A stretch of 64,000 nt of DNA from an uncultured Methanosarcinales archaeon (GTDB lineage: Archaea; Nanobdellota; Nanobdellia; Woesearchaeales; GW2011-AR9), in assembly GCA_964343575.1 (NCBI GenBank), contig CAYFJV010000002.1, positions 319,585 through 383,584 on the forward strand, in the 5' to 3' direction. Positions within the stretch are counted from its first letter, which is position 1, and each line of letters opens with the position of its first letter. A model generated the notes under the pieces. It ran no database searches. It was not told where the DNA came from and saw only the letters and a list, made by a program, of their open reading frames with translations. This document shows, in pieces, positions 19,106 through 29,285 of the stretch. The position numbers and the translations under genes were made by a program.

Positions 19106-20455
19106 ATGAAACAAAAGGGGTTGATGTTAGTAGTTCTTACTCTTTTGAGTGTTCCTTTAGCGCGAGCGAACATCTATACTACTATCATTAATGTTTTTGA
19201 TGCAATTATCAATGGGATCCCTGCTGCGCTTGGTATTGCTGCAGATCCTGTTACCAACTACCTTCGTTTGATGGTTGGTTTTATTGCCTTTGTTTTGTTT
19301 TTTGTTGCGCTTCTTCCTATCATTGGAAGAATAGCTACTGATGAGCATCGAGGAAGGGTGCAAGTGTGGGCAGGAAGCATTGCTTTTGCTTTAGCTGCAA
19401 TTTCTTACCATCGTTTTCCGGTTGCTGTTTTGCTCGCAGTTGGTGTTGGTTGGGCAACGGTTGTTTCTTTTGTGATCATTGGTCTTCCAACTTTAGGTTT
19501 TGTGTATGCTTTGCTGCGTTTTCCTAAGTCTGAAGAGTTGGAGCGTGAAGAATATCGTCCGATCGCTTTTGTGAAAGTGCTTGCTTGTTTTTTGATGGGC
19601 TGGGTTTTAGAAGGAATGAATGCAAGCGTTGCTGCTGTGCACGGATCTCCTGCTAGTACTCCTGTTACTGCTTCGATAAATCAGTTCATTGAGTTTGCCA
19701 TTGCTATTGTTGCTATCTTAGGAGCATATTATTTTATTCGTTTTATCACAGGTCCTGGTTTGACTGATGCGCAGCGTACTGCCCGACAGGAAAGGATGGA
19801 TGAGTTTTTTCAAGAAAGGAAAGATGCTCGGGATAAGAAAAGATATAAGGCAAGAGTTCGTAGGAGGAGAGCGAATTACCAACCTCTTGTTGAGCTTTTG
19901 TTGAGAACTAGGTCAGGGATCTCCAGTCTTTATAATCATGGTGTTATCCTTCAAAGGAGAGTTGGTAGAGGAGTTGTTGTTAGAACTGGTCCAAGGGGGG
20001 TTGATGTTCGTGTAATCCCATTTAATACAGGAGTTACAATCAGTGATTTGCAATTGCTTGGGAGAAACCTTCATAATCTTGCTGTTTTAGTAGAGCGCTC
20101 ACGATTAAGAGTTGAGACAATGGCCCAGCAGCAGAGTAGTCATATCCCTCATAGAGACTTCTTTCATAAAATTGAGGGAGAGTTGCAAGATGTTGCAGTG
20201 GAGATTGCAAGGGTTTTGGGGATTTCAGCAACAGTTGAGGCTGATGATGGAACCAAAACAATGGCAACTTATCCAAACCCTCTTTTTCTTGATGAAGTTG
20301 TTACTGGAATGGATGGAGTTAGAGGCAAACTCAATGATCGTATTGCTCAGTTAGAAGGGCTTATCCAAAGAGCTGAGCTCCATGAGCAAGAAGATTACAT
20401 TGGGGCCCGGCTTCAAAGGAATTATCGCCCTCACAGACCTTACGGCACACCTTAA
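19106..20455 (+). CDS. Multi-pass membrane protein with helical cytoplasmic tail
   Basis: Same architecture as the upstream gene. Confidence 0.75.
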   Translation: MKQKGLMLVVLTLLSVPLARANIYTTIINVFDAIINGIPAALGIAADPVTNYLRLMVGFIAFVLFFVALLPIIGRIATDEHRGRVQVWAGSIAFALAAISYHRFPVAVLLAVGVGWATVVSFVIIGLPTLGFVYALLRFPKSEELEREEYRPIAFVKVLACFLMGWVLEGMNASVAAVHGSPASTPVTASINQFIEFAIAIVAILGAYYFIRFITGPGLTDAQRTARQERMDEFFQERKDARDKKRYKARVRRRRANYQPLVELLLRTRSGISSLYNHGVILQRRVGRGVVVRTGPRGVDVRVIPFNTGVTISDLQLLGRNLHNLAVLVERSRLRVETMAQQQSSHIPHRDFFHKIEGELQDVAVEIARVLGISATVEADDGTKTMATYPNPLFLDEVVTGMDGVRGKLNDRIAQLEGLIQRAELHEQEDYIGARLQRNYRPHRPYGTP

Positions 20456-20498
20456 ACTTGCATGGAGAAGCATAGTTTGTAGGAGGTTTTTTATTATT

Positions 20499-21797
20499 CT
20501 ACTTCTTTCTTTTAATTTCCTTCAAACCGCCCATATAAGGTTGCAACACTTTTGGAATCTTTACTGTTCCTTCTTTGGTTTGAAAGTTTTCTAGAATTGC
20601 TGCAATTGGTCTCGTATCAGTCAATGCAGTATTGTTAAGCAAATGTACATAATCCTTTGTTTTCTTATCTTTACTAAGATACTTAGTGTTTAGAGTTACA
20701 GATTGATAGTTGGTACAGTTGCTGCAAGAGGTTACCTCTCGATATCTTCCCTTTTTGTCGTTTTGTGCAGGGAACCAAGCTTCAATGTCATACTGGATTG
20801 CTTGTTTGTTACCAATATCTCCCGTACAAATTTGTACTACCTGGAATGGTAAGCCTAAGTCTTCGAAGAGTTTTTCAGAGAGTTTTTGGAGCTCTTTGAA
20901 ATATTTTGGAGAGTCTTCTGGTTTACAGTAGACAATCTCTTCAACTTTATTGAACTCATGTACTCTAAAGATACCTTTATCATCTCTTCCATGGGTTCCC
21001 AACTCTTTTCTAAAGCAAGTGCTTACTCCAACAATTTTGTAGGGCAACTCTTCTTCTGGAATTACTTCATCTTTTTTGAGTGCAACAAGAGGATGCTCTG
21101 AAGTTGCTATTAAGTAAAGGTCCTCATCTTCGATTTTGTAAATGGTATCTTCAAAATCACTCATGTTCACGCCGCCTTCAAGAGCTGCACGATTAAGCAT
21201 GAAAGGAGTCTTAATTAAATTGAAACCGTTTTTGAGCAGTTGGTCGATTGCGTAACGTTGGAGAGCGAAACTGAGCAGCACGGCTTCGTTCTTTAGGTAA
21301 TAGAATCTTGCACCAGAATTCTTTGCTGCAGTATCAAGATCAATAAGGTCAAGCTCGAGACCTAACTCAATGTGATCTTTTATAGGGAAATTGAATTTTG
21401 GGATCTTTCCTACTTTTTTGAGTACCTTGTTTTCAGAATCATCTTTTCCACTTGGCACACTTTTGTCAAGGATGTTTCCTATTGTTCTGAGAAGTTTGTC
21501 TCTTTTCTCTTTGAGCTTGGCTACCTTTTCTTCTTGCACTTTCATCTCTTGGATGTGCGCCTTCATAGCTTTGATTTTTTCTTTTGCAAGCTTTTCGTTT
21601 TTTGCTTTTTTAGCCTTGTTTACTTCTTGGGAGATAGTATTTCTTTGCTGGCGCTGCTTTTCTACAACTTGCAGTTCTTTTCGCCACTGCTGGTCAGCTT
21701 TGAGCACTTGGTCTACAACTTTTGGATCGTGCCCTCTTCTTTTCTCTGAAGCTTTGACTTCTTCTGGCTGCTCTCGTAAGAATTTGATATCTAACAT
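20499..21797 (-). CDS. serS: Seryl-tRNA synthetase
   Basis: MLDIKF, LIATSEHPL, FRKE, GIFRVHEFNKVE, YDIEAW, EVTSCSNC. Confidence 0.97.
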   Translation of the reverse strand: MLDIKFLREQPEEVKASEKRRGHDPKVVDQVLKADQQWRKELQVVEKQRQQRNTISQEVNKAKKAKNEKLAKEKIKAMKAHIQEMKVQEEKVAKLKEKRDKLLRTIGNILDKSVPSGKDDSENKVLKKVGKIPKFNFPIKDHIELGLELDLIDLDTAAKNSGARFYYLKNEAVLLSFALQRYAIDQLLKNGFNLIKTPFMLNRAALEGGVNMSDFEDTIYKIEDEDLYLIATSEHPLVALKKDEVIPEEELPYKIVGVSTCFRKELGTHGRDDKGIFRVHEFNKVEEIVYCKPEDSPKYFKELQKLSEKLFEDLGLPFQVVQICTGDIGNKQAIQYDIEAWFPAQNDKKGRYREVTSCSNCTNYQSVTLNTKYLSKDKKTKDYVHLLNNTALTDTRPIAAILENFQTKEGTVKIPKVLQPYMGGLKEIKRKK

Positions 21798-21836
21798 TTC
21801 TTTGGGGGAGGGTGGTTTTGCTTATTTAAAGCTTGC

Positions 21837-22319
21837 TTATCTATTTGTGGACTGGCGGTAGCCAAAATCGAGTACTCGAATACTTACCCAAGAATCTAAG
21901 GCCCCTTCTTGACCAATTGCAGCAGTGTAAGCTTGTGTTTGTTGCTCATCAAAACCTTGGATCACTTGTCCTTCATCTTCTTGTGGAAGAGCAATGCTGA
22001 GATAATCACCTCTTTGTAATCTTACTGTATCTCCATTGATCCTTCTTTCTTTATCTCCTCTGCCAAAACTGGTTCCCCAAGTGCTTTCTAAATCTGTGTA
22101 GAATAAAAAAGGCTCTGCTCCACTTGGTGAGGGGAGTGAATGGATTCTACCGTGCTGTCTTGAAACAACTCCAGGAAGAATTGCTCGAATAGTATTACCT
22201 TTTAGTGAACCAATGCTGACTGGCAATTCATAAATGCCTCCTTGACTGGTATCTCTATCTCTATCTGCAGCATCGTAAATGATTACTTCTAGTTCAACAA
22301 AGGCTTTTTGTTTGGCCAT
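21837..22319 (-). CDS. FHA-domain protein
   Basis: IGS...VSRQHGRI...DLESTWGT matches the FHA G/SxxH/xGT pattern. Confidence 0.7.
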   Translation of the reverse strand: MAKQKAFVELEVIIYDAADRDRDTSQGGIYELPVSIGSLKGNTIRAILPGVVSRQHGRIHSLPSPSGAEPFLFYTDLESTWGTSFGRGDKERRINGDTVRLQRGDYLSIALPQEDEGQVIQGFDEQQTQAYTAAIGQEGALDSWVSIRVLDFGYRQSTNR

Positions 22320-22448
22320 CTCTTTGCTGGCTGCAGCTAGGTGATTTATATTAATTTCTGCTCTTGAGAAAGCATTGCTTGATCAATTCTTGTCGACAGA
22401 AAGCTATATAAAGCTCTTTTGGGTACTTTTTTGATAAAAAGAGGTACT

Positions 22449-23954
22449 ATGAAGACGAGACTTCGCTTAGTTTTTGTAACGTTAGTTCTTTCCTTTTTAG
22501 CGTTAGCCTCCACAAGTTTAGCTTATGATATGTGTTTTGATGAGGATCAGTGTGATCATTTGGGCGAAACTTATAGTTGTGATTTAGCAATTTATCTTTG
22601 TATAGAAACTGGTTTGGGAGATTTTGGTGATCCTGGTCAGGATGATACTCATGAGACCAGTTTTGATCCGCTTGATAACTCAACGAATGCTACTATTATT
22701 GGAAGCAATGTAACAGGTAATGAAACTCTTGTGGGTTCGGGAGATATTCTTCCTGAAGATGTTGAACTTCGCTTATCTTTACTTGAGTCAAGCGTTTTTT
22801 TACTGCAAGAAGACTTTGCAGCTCTTCAATTGGTTGATAGCGGACATGAAGCAGATCTTGCTGCGGTGCAAAGTGACATTGCCCAACTAGGAAATGATTT
22901 GCTTTTGCTCGATGGAAGTTTAAGCCAGGTGCGTAGTGATGTTTCTTCTCTTGAAAACTCGCTTGGTGGAAGTTTGGATTCTGCTCTTGCCGGTCTTGCT
23001 GCTGTTGAGAGTGACCTTGGCGATGCGCAAGCTGAACTTGCTGCTGTAGAAGAAGAACTTGAGCTTAAAGAGAAGCGGGCTGCTCTTGCTCAGAACGTGT
23101 TGCTAGTTATCATTTCTCTTTTGGTGTTTGTGGCTCTTACTTACTTTATCACTTCACATAATAAACTTCACTCTGATAGGCATATTCCCGATCATGTGCG
23201 TCAGTACATCACTAAGCACATTCGAAAAGGAGATAGTTATGATCAAATTCGTAAGAAATTGGTGGCAAGCGGTTGGCCAGAGGCTCAGGTTAGGAAGGCT
23301 TACGAGCTTACTTCACAAAAAAATTATTTTGATTACTTAAAATCGCAAGGGAAGGTAGCTTCTCATAAAGAATTCCATCCAACTGTGCCGCCAAACAATA
23401 AGAAAATTGTTGTCATTTCTTTGCTTTCAGTTGCCTTGTTGGCAGCTTTTGTTTTCTTTGTAAGTACCAGTACTGGAAATGCAATTGCAACCGGGCAGGA
23501 TTTGGCTGTGTCTGTTGAAGATGCTCTTGTTAACCAACTTGCCTTGAGTCCTTTTTACTCTTTAGTTGACTTCGGAGAAGTTTGTGTACAGGTTAATGAT
23601 GGAGATTATGCTGTCTCTTATGGGGTGATTAAAACTCCAATTGGACATAGTGTTCATGATGTGCTTGGGGGACAGTGCGACTGGCTTGTGGGAGGAGAGT
23701 ATGATTTTGCTTTGAAGTTTAGTAGTTATGATCGCTTTGCAAATTTAGTTGCTGATACGAGTTGTAGTAATATTCTCTTTCAACACGCCATTTATCCACC
23801 TGATTCTGGAATCCGTGGCGTCACTGTGCTTCCTTCAGCTTTAGTTGCTCCTGGTTTTGAGGCAGTTACGGGTGTTGATTACAGTTCTTATTGTCCTGCT
23901 TTGCTTGAGTGTCTTGGTGCTACTGAATTACAGACAGTAGGAATTTCTTGTTGA
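22449..23954 (+). CDS. Secreted/membrane-anchored protein with Cys-rich ends and coiled coil
   Basis: Signal peptide, Cys motif, heptad region, two TMs, internal 'LVASGW' helix and a TGNAIA motif. Confidence 0.75.
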   Translation: MKTRLRLVFVTLVLSFLALASTSLAYDMCFDEDQCDHLGETYSCDLAIYLCIETGLGDFGDPGQDDTHETSFDPLDNSTNATIIGSNVTGNETLVGSGDILPEDVELRLSLLESSVFLLQEDFAALQLVDSGHEADLAAVQSDIAQLGNDLLLLDGSLSQVRSDVSSLENSLGGSLDSALAGLAAVESDLGDAQAELAAVEEELELKEKRAALAQNVLLVIISLLVFVALTYFITSHNKLHSDRHIPDHVRQYITKHIRKGDSYDQIRKKLVASGWPEAQVRKAYELTSQKNYFDYLKSQGKVASHKEFHPTVPPNNKKIVVISLLSVALLAAFVFFVSTSTGNAIATGQDLAVSVEDALVNQLALSPFYSLVDFGEVCVQVNDGDYAVSYGVIKTPIGHSVHDVLGGQCDWLVGGEYDFALKFSSYDRFANLVADTSCSNILFQHAIYPPDSGIRGVTVLPSALVAPGFEAVTGVDYSSYCPALLECLGATELQTVGISC

Positions 23955-24047
23955 AGTTGAGTAGAATTTTAGCGATTGGTTGAGATGTTTGGAATTGTTT
24001 GTTAGGTGAGAGAGAGCACTATCTCTCTGTTGGAAAGAAGGAAAGGT

Positions 24048-24389
24048 TTACATGAGTGCTACGCGAAGTTCAAAATCAAAACGGCGCATAAACTCTTGAG
24101 CAATTGCTTCGTCTTTTTCTTTAAGCTGGAAGTATATGTCCTTACTAAAACAGTGTGCACAAAGGCTAAAGTCCTTGCTACATTGAATACAAGTACTTTC
24201 TCCTGCAAAGTTCATGGGATCAATCTCCTCTGCAAGGTCTGGTCTTGATTCTGCAACCATGGCTTTCATCTGTGTTACTAAACATTCAGGACAGATGGGA
24301 TTACTTATTATTTCTTCACACTCAATGCATCGGCAAAAAACACCAAGTCTACCTGTTTGTCCTCTCTCGAACAATGATGTCTCCATCAA
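24048..24389 (-). CDS. Cys-rich (four CxxC) putative zinc-binding protein
   Basis: CIEC, CPEC, CIQC, CAHC; strong GAGGAGGTGA RBS upstream. Confidence 0.75.
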   Translation of the reverse strand: MMETSLFERGQTGRLGVFCRCIECEEIISNPICPECLVTQMKAMVAESRPDLAEEIDPMNFAGESTCIQCSKDFSLCAHCFSKDIYFQLKEKDEAIAQEFMRRFDFELRVALM

Positions 24390-24634
24390 ATCACCTCCTC
24401 TTTGTTTTCTTCACTCCCCTCTCTGAACCTTTCTTTCTTGTTCTTTACTGGTTCTTAAGAAAAGGGGGGAAGAAAAGGTCTTGCTCTTTCTTTTTCAAGA
24501 AAGAGCTTAGTTAACATCACATGCACCTTCCCAGAAGAAAGTTTGCATCTTCTTGGGCTTTCGTTTCACTGTTAACTGATACATAATCAAGGGGTTGGTA
24601 AAACTTATATATATTGTTTATGTAATATCCATAT

Positions 24635-25138
24635 ATGGCCTATATACGAGTCAAAAAAATTTCCGGAAATGAATACGCCTATCTGGTAGAGAGTTTACAA
24701 ACAAGTTCTGGAACAAGGCAAAAAGTAAAACAGTATTTAGGTAAGGTTCATGCTTTTGATCAAGAGTTTAGTGAGGAGATTTTGTCTTCTGTTGAGTTTG
24801 TTGGACTGAAGAGTAAGAAAGCATTTCTTCATTCTTTGTTAGTCCCTTTCTTTGAAGCTTGTCAGTTTGAACAAAAAGAAGGAGAACTTGTCTTTGGAAA
24901 CCTTTTCTTTTGTCCTAAACAATTTTCTTTAAAGAAAAAAACAAAAACGGGAGTTGAGAAGGAGGCAATCCTTAAAGTGAAAGGAGGTTTTCTTTCTAGT
25001 TTTACTTTACAGCGCCTTTTGCAATTTAAGAAAGGAAAAGATTTGGAAAAAGATGCTGCTTTACTTGCTAAGTATTTCTTGGAGGCAGGTATTCCCATTA
25101 GCCAAGAACACTTTATTGCTTATTATCAGTTGCTTTAG
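24635..25138 (+). CDS. Hypothetical protein with transposase-like N-terminal DNA-binding motif
   Basis: MAYIRVKKISGNEYAYLVES...QKVKQYLGK; no DDE core visible. Confidence 0.6.
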   Translation: MAYIRVKKISGNEYAYLVESLQTSSGTRQKVKQYLGKVHAFDQEFSEEILSSVEFVGLKSKKAFLHSLLVPFFEACQFEQKEGELVFGNLFFCPKQFSLKKKTKTGVEKEAILKVKGGFLSSFTLQRLLQFKKGKDLEKDAALLAKYFLEAGIPISQEHFIAYYQLL

Positions 25139-25196
25139 TTTGCGACATTTGCGCTTGGCTTTGTAGCTAGATTTGAGACAATAGCTGTGTTTAAGG

Positions 25197-25298
25197 TTAG
25201 AAGTAGAGAAGAACCACAACAAGAAAGAACAGGAAGGCACCTTTGATCAGATTTGCATTACTTGGAAATTTGAACAAGCTCTTGTTTGCGGTTTCCAT
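25197..25298 (-). CDS. 33-aa hydrophobic peptide
   Basis: METANKSLFKFPSNANLIKGAFLFFLVVVLLYF*, downstream of a hairpin leader and a TATA-like box. Confidence 0.4.
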   Translation of the reverse strand: METANKSLFKFPSNANLIKGAFLFFLVVVLLYF

Positions 25299-25524
25299 TT
25301 TCTTGGCCTGATTTTGCTCCTTTTTTTGACTGAATGGAGATCGGGCTCCCTGAGGGGTGAGGGTGGTAGAAGCGAGAGCCCGAACGTTCCACTTCAGTGT
25401 AATATGGAAGGTAATGGTGAGCAAATATATAAATGTTACTATTTCGTATACTGGTGCGCAAAAAGTTGCAAGAACCAAACTAGTTTCATTTTATCAGAGA
25501 AGTTACTTTGTCGCTCTTTTTTTC

Positions 25525-27519
25525 TTATTGGGAGAAGAATTGCCTTATTTTCTCTAAAGGTTCTCTGTTTACTTGTAATCCTTCTTTTGGAAGCAAATCA
25601 AAGTAGTTTCTCCAGGCAAAACGTTCTCCAAGAAAAACGATAACTCCGCGATCTTTTGATGAGCGGATACAGCGTCCAGCAGATTGAATACACTTATTGA
25701 TGGCGGGAAAAATGTAAGCATAGTTCCAACCTTTTGAGAATTTTTTATCATAATAGTTGATGGTTTCTTTTGTTTTGAGGTTTGGTTTCCCAAGAGGAAT
25801 GCCTATCACCACGACAGCTTTGAGCACATCTCCTGGAAAATCGACCCCTTCAGCAAAGTTTGCTCCTGTAACTGCGAGAAGTATTCCTCCTGGGAATGCA
25901 TGTTGCTTGAATTTTTTGAGAAGTTCTTCTTTCTCTTCTTTAACCATATCTTGTTTTTCCCAAAAGAGTTTCTTTCTTTGAAAGCCTTGTTTTTCTTGCA
26001 TCCTTTTCTCAATAAAATAAGCAATCTTATCTCTCATATGGTAAGAAGGAAAGAATAAAGCAATGTTTCCTGGGACAGCCATGGCAATTTCTATACATTC
26101 ATCTGCAATGTTTTGGTACATCGTCTCTCCTCTTAGTGTGTACTTAGTACTTGTTTTTGGCAGAACTATACTTAGCTTATTCTCAGGAGGGAAGGGCGAA
26201 GGATAACTTTTCTCTAAAGCGTTTTTTATTCCTAGAAGATCTTTATACATACTTGTAGGTGTGAGTGTTCCGCTCATCAGAATTGCTCCATGAAGCTCTT
26301 CAAAAATCTCTGAACTTAGGATACTAGGATCCAGACAAATTGATTCTAAAGCAATGTAAGGAGCACCAACCTTTGAGATACGCTCAGCAATGATTCTTGC
26401 TGTGGCTCTATCTGCTGCTTGCCATTCTTTAAGAAAACTTCCAACTCCTCCAATGTAACTCTTTTTTTGTTTTTTGCGTATCTCTTCTGCAGCGACATTC
26501 AGTTGATTGATGATTTCATCATAATCTGCAATTACTTTTACTTTTTGTATAAAATTATCCTTTGTTACTAGTTTTTCTTGCTCTTTGGGATTAGCTTTGC
26601 TTTTGAAAGCATTTGGATTTGTTTTTGCTGAGTTATTTGCGGAGAATGCGGAGAGGCTTAACTTTGCCTGCCCCTTACTATCTCTTGGAAAGTCCGCTAG
26701 TTGTACAAGAGCAGTGTTGATCTCGTTAAGTAAGGGAATAAGGTCTGGAAAGTTGAATTTTTTGGCTTCTAGGATTGCGTTCTTGAGCATATTGCTAGTA
26801 AGTTGGCTGCTGAGCATGTTGGTTATTCTTTCAGGAAGGTTGTGGCCCTCATCAACAATAACAATACAATCTTCTTGCTCCACCTTTAACTTCTGTAAGA
26901 AAGCGCCACTTATCTTTGGGTTGAAAAGATAGTAATAATCACCAATGATTACGCTTGCTTTTTTAGCAAGAGAGATGGACATTTCATAAGAGCACATTTT
27001 TTCTTGTTTACAATGTTCTTGGAGCTCTTCGTTGTGCAGAGGACTCTTTTGTTTAAGCTGCACTAACTGGTATCTTGCCTCTACAGTAAGTTCTTTTTTT
27101 TTGTAGACATTGCTATAAAATTCACACTCCCCTTTCTTGACAATACTCTTACAGTACTCGTTGAATTCATTACCAAAGAGCCCAGCAACTTCTTGGTTAC
27201 ACATCCATTTTTTCCCAATAAGGTCTGCACACAAAATTTCTTTGCCATATACTTTTCTCATCTCTTTGAGTGTTTCAATAGCAATTTGGTGTTGCGTGTG
27301 TCGATTTGTCAGGAAGAAAACTTTCTTGTCATTTTCAATTGCGTAAGCTACTGCAACTGCTAGGGTGCTTGCAGTTTTCCCAAGACCGGTTGGTGCGTGA
27401 GCAATGAGGACTTGTTTGTTTTTAATGCAGTTGAAGGCATCTTCAATAAGCTCAGCTTGTCCTTCTCTAATTGTTTGGTGAGGAAAAAGAATTTGCTTTT
27501 CAATATCTGGACTGAGCAT
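25525..27519 (-). CDS. XPD/Rad3/DinG-family ATP-dependent helicase (Fe-S)
   Basis: HAPTGLGKT, Fe-S cysteines, VDEGHNL, MSGTL, EGVDF, QSAGRCIRS. Likely start MLSPD at 27519. Confidence 0.93.
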   Translation of the reverse strand: MLSPDIEKQILFPHQTIREGQAELIEDAFNCIKNKQVLIAHAPTGLGKTASTLAVAVAYAIENDKKVFFLTNRHTQHQIAIETLKEMRKVYGKEILCADLIGKKWMCNQEVAGLFGNEFNEYCKSIVKKGECEFYSNVYKKKELTVEARYQLVQLKQKSPLHNEELQEHCKQEKMCSYEMSISLAKKASVIIGDYYYLFNPKISGAFLQKLKVEQEDCIVIVDEGHNLPERITNMLSSQLTSNMLKNAILEAKKFNFPDLIPLLNEINTALVQLADFPRDSKGQAKLSLSAFSANNSAKTNPNAFKSKANPKEQEKLVTKDNFIQKVKVIADYDEIINQLNVAAEEIRKKQKKSYIGGVGSFLKEWQAADRATARIIAERISKVGAPYIALESICLDPSILSSEIFEELHGAILMSGTLTPTSMYKDLLGIKNALEKSYPSPFPPENKLSIVLPKTSTKYTLRGETMYQNIADECIEIAMAVPGNIALFFPSYHMRDKIAYFIEKRMQEKQGFQRKKLFWEKQDMVKEEKEELLKKFKQHAFPGGILLAVTGANFAEGVDFPGDVLKAVVVIGIPLGKPNLKTKETINYYDKKFSKGWNYAYIFPAINKCIQSAGRCIRSSKDRGVIVFLGERFAWRNYFDLLPKEGLQVNREPLEKIRQFFSQ

Positions 27520-27786
27520 CGATTTTTCTTGCTTTGATTGACTTTTATATCTTTTGTCAAGTTGTCTCTTGGTTCGCACAATTTCTTTCTCAAGAGTAGT
27601 AAACACGTATGTGTTGTATATACTTCTTTGCGGAGCGTTAAACAGAAGTTTTAAATACAAATTACCTCCTCAAAAGTATGTTTTAGAGAGGTTGCTTGGT
27701 AAACTATAAACCTTTAAATACAACTCTGGGGCAAACCTTCCTAGGTGATAGATGGAAGAAAGATGAAGTTTTGGGGTGGAATACTA

Positions 27787-28056
27787 ATGGCTAATAAACC
27801 AATTTTTGAAGTCTTTTTCCGAGAGAAACCTGCTATGATGTTAGTGGAATTGAAGAATGCAAATTCGCAAGTTTATGCATCTGTCTTGGCAAAACAAATT
27901 GACTGCACTTATTCTCATGTGGTAAAAATCTTGCAAGAGATGCAGCGTGCAGAGTTGATCAACTTTCGTAAAGAAGGAAGATTAAAGTTACTTGAGCTTA
28001 CTAATAAAGGTGAGGAGATCGCAAGTAACATTGAAAGCATACGAACTATGTTGTAG
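27787..28056 (+). CDS. Winged-HTH transcriptional regulator
   Basis: YASVLAKQIDCTYSHVVKIL...GRLKLLELTNKG. Confidence 0.85.
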   Translation: MANKPIFEVFFREKPAMMLVELKNANSQVYASVLAKQIDCTYSHVVKILQEMQRAELINFRKEGRLKLLELTNKGEEIASNIESIRTML

Positions 28057-28172
28057 TTCAATTTTTTTCTTTCTTAATTTTCTAGAAGTTATGTCTTAAT
28101 TGGTAAGTTTGCTAGCTTGTAAAAGAAGTAAGGCTGGCAGATGATGCTTTTCTGCCAGTTGAATTTTTATTG

Positions 28173-28388
28173 TCATCTATTTATACAAATGGAATGCTCG
28201 GTTCCAGGATTTCTACAAGTATCCTCAGTTGCTGCGATTCCGTCATCACAATCAAGGTCATCATAACAAGCGATTTGCTCAGCCACAATACCTCCAGTGA
28301 TCCCTCCTCCGCTGCTAATTAACACCGCAATTACTACTAAGACGGCAACTAAAGCCAATCCTAAGAAAAAAATCTTCCCATCACTCAT
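28173..28388 (-). CDS. Small Cys-rich surface protein
   Basis: N-terminal TM, ITGGIV motif, C-x4-C-D-D...T-x-D-x-C. Confidence 0.7.
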   Translation of the reverse strand: MSDGKIFFLGLALVAVLVVIAVLISSGGGITGGIVAEQIACYDDLDCDDGIAATEDTCRNPGTEHSICINR

Positions 28389-28539
28389 TCTTCTTACACC
28401 TCTTAGGCGCTCCAGCGGGCGCCTACGCAAATGTATATTTTTGTTAAACTATTTATACTTTTCGATACTAGCAAAAAGTAATAAAAAAAAATAATTTTTG
28501 GACTTTTTTCACAAGTCCCTCTTTTACCTTTCAGTATTC

Positions 28540-28992
28540 CTATTCAAGGTACATCTTTAGCCGCTTTCTGTCTAATTTCCAGTTTGCAGCTAGGATTCCC
28601 GTCTTTTGATAATACTTTATGAGGCGTCTTACCTTGGAATCGGTAAGGAGCAGCCCTCGTTTAGCGGTTTGATCTTTCTTATTTTTCTCTAAGTGTGCTT
28701 GGATAGCGACTAGTCTTTTGATAAGGTTAAGCAAATCTTCTGGCATTTCTTTTTCGAGTTTGTTCTCTTTAAGGATGCTCCCAAGTTTCTTCTTAGTGCT
28801 TACTTTTACACTTGGAATACCATACTTATCTCTTAGAATCATACCGATTTCGCTCATACTTTTCCCGGTTTTTCGGTACTTTACTACGAGTTTTTCAACT
28901 TCCTGAGCACTATAAGTTACCCATGCTGAGTTAGATTCACTAGGTTTAGAACTTCCTGATTTTCCCTTCTTACGGGAGTGCATTCTTGCCAT
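28540..28992 (-). CDS. rps15: 30S ribosomal protein S15 (uS15, archaeal)
   Basis: MARMHSRKKGKSGS, ILRDKYGIP, PEDL, SKVRRLIKYY. Confidence 0.97.
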   Translation of the reverse strand: MARMHSRKKGKSGSSKPSESNSAWVTYSAQEVEKLVVKYRKTGKSMSEIGMILRDKYGIPSVKVSTKKKLGSILKENKLEKEMPEDLLNLIKRLVAIQAHLEKNKKDQTAKRGLLLTDSKVRRLIKYYQKTGILAANWKLDRKRLKMYLE

Positions 28993-29142
28993 TGTTTTTT
29001 CCTCCAGTACAAACGAGCTTTCACCTGTTTGTCTCTTGTTGGAATGTTTTTAGAGGAGTTATTTATAAACTTTGTGCGTTCACTGTGTTGAGACCCAACC
29101 CAAAATTTTATAAAGATCTTAGCGTGATTTTGAGTTCATTAC

Positions 29143-29246
29143 AGCCCCGTGGTGTAGTGGACTATCATCGCGCTCTTTGGAGCCAGAGAAGTTTACTTTT
29201 TTGGTGGAGTGAAGCGTGGACCGCGGTTCGAATCCGCGCGGGGCTA
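29143..29246 (+). tRNA. tRNA-Gln(TTG) with 31-nt intron (29181-29211); integration target
   Basis: AGCCCCG/CGGGGCT acceptor and TTCGAAT T-loop. The intron sits at 37/38 with a bulge-helix-bulge (CTTT:GGAG helix; GGA and TGA bulges). Confidence 0.92.
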
Positions 29247-29285
29247 TACTCTAAAAGAGGTAATCGGGGGGTGTTGACCCCCTGG

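Noticed and set aside
24635..25138. IS element/transposase
   Set aside because: Only the N-terminal motif is similar; no DDE core or terminal inverted repeats were seen.
25276..25320. Fourth copy of the structured element (GCTCTTGTTTGC...)
   Set aside because: The partner CAAGAG strand and the hairpin are missing, so it is probably a chance match within the micro-ORF.
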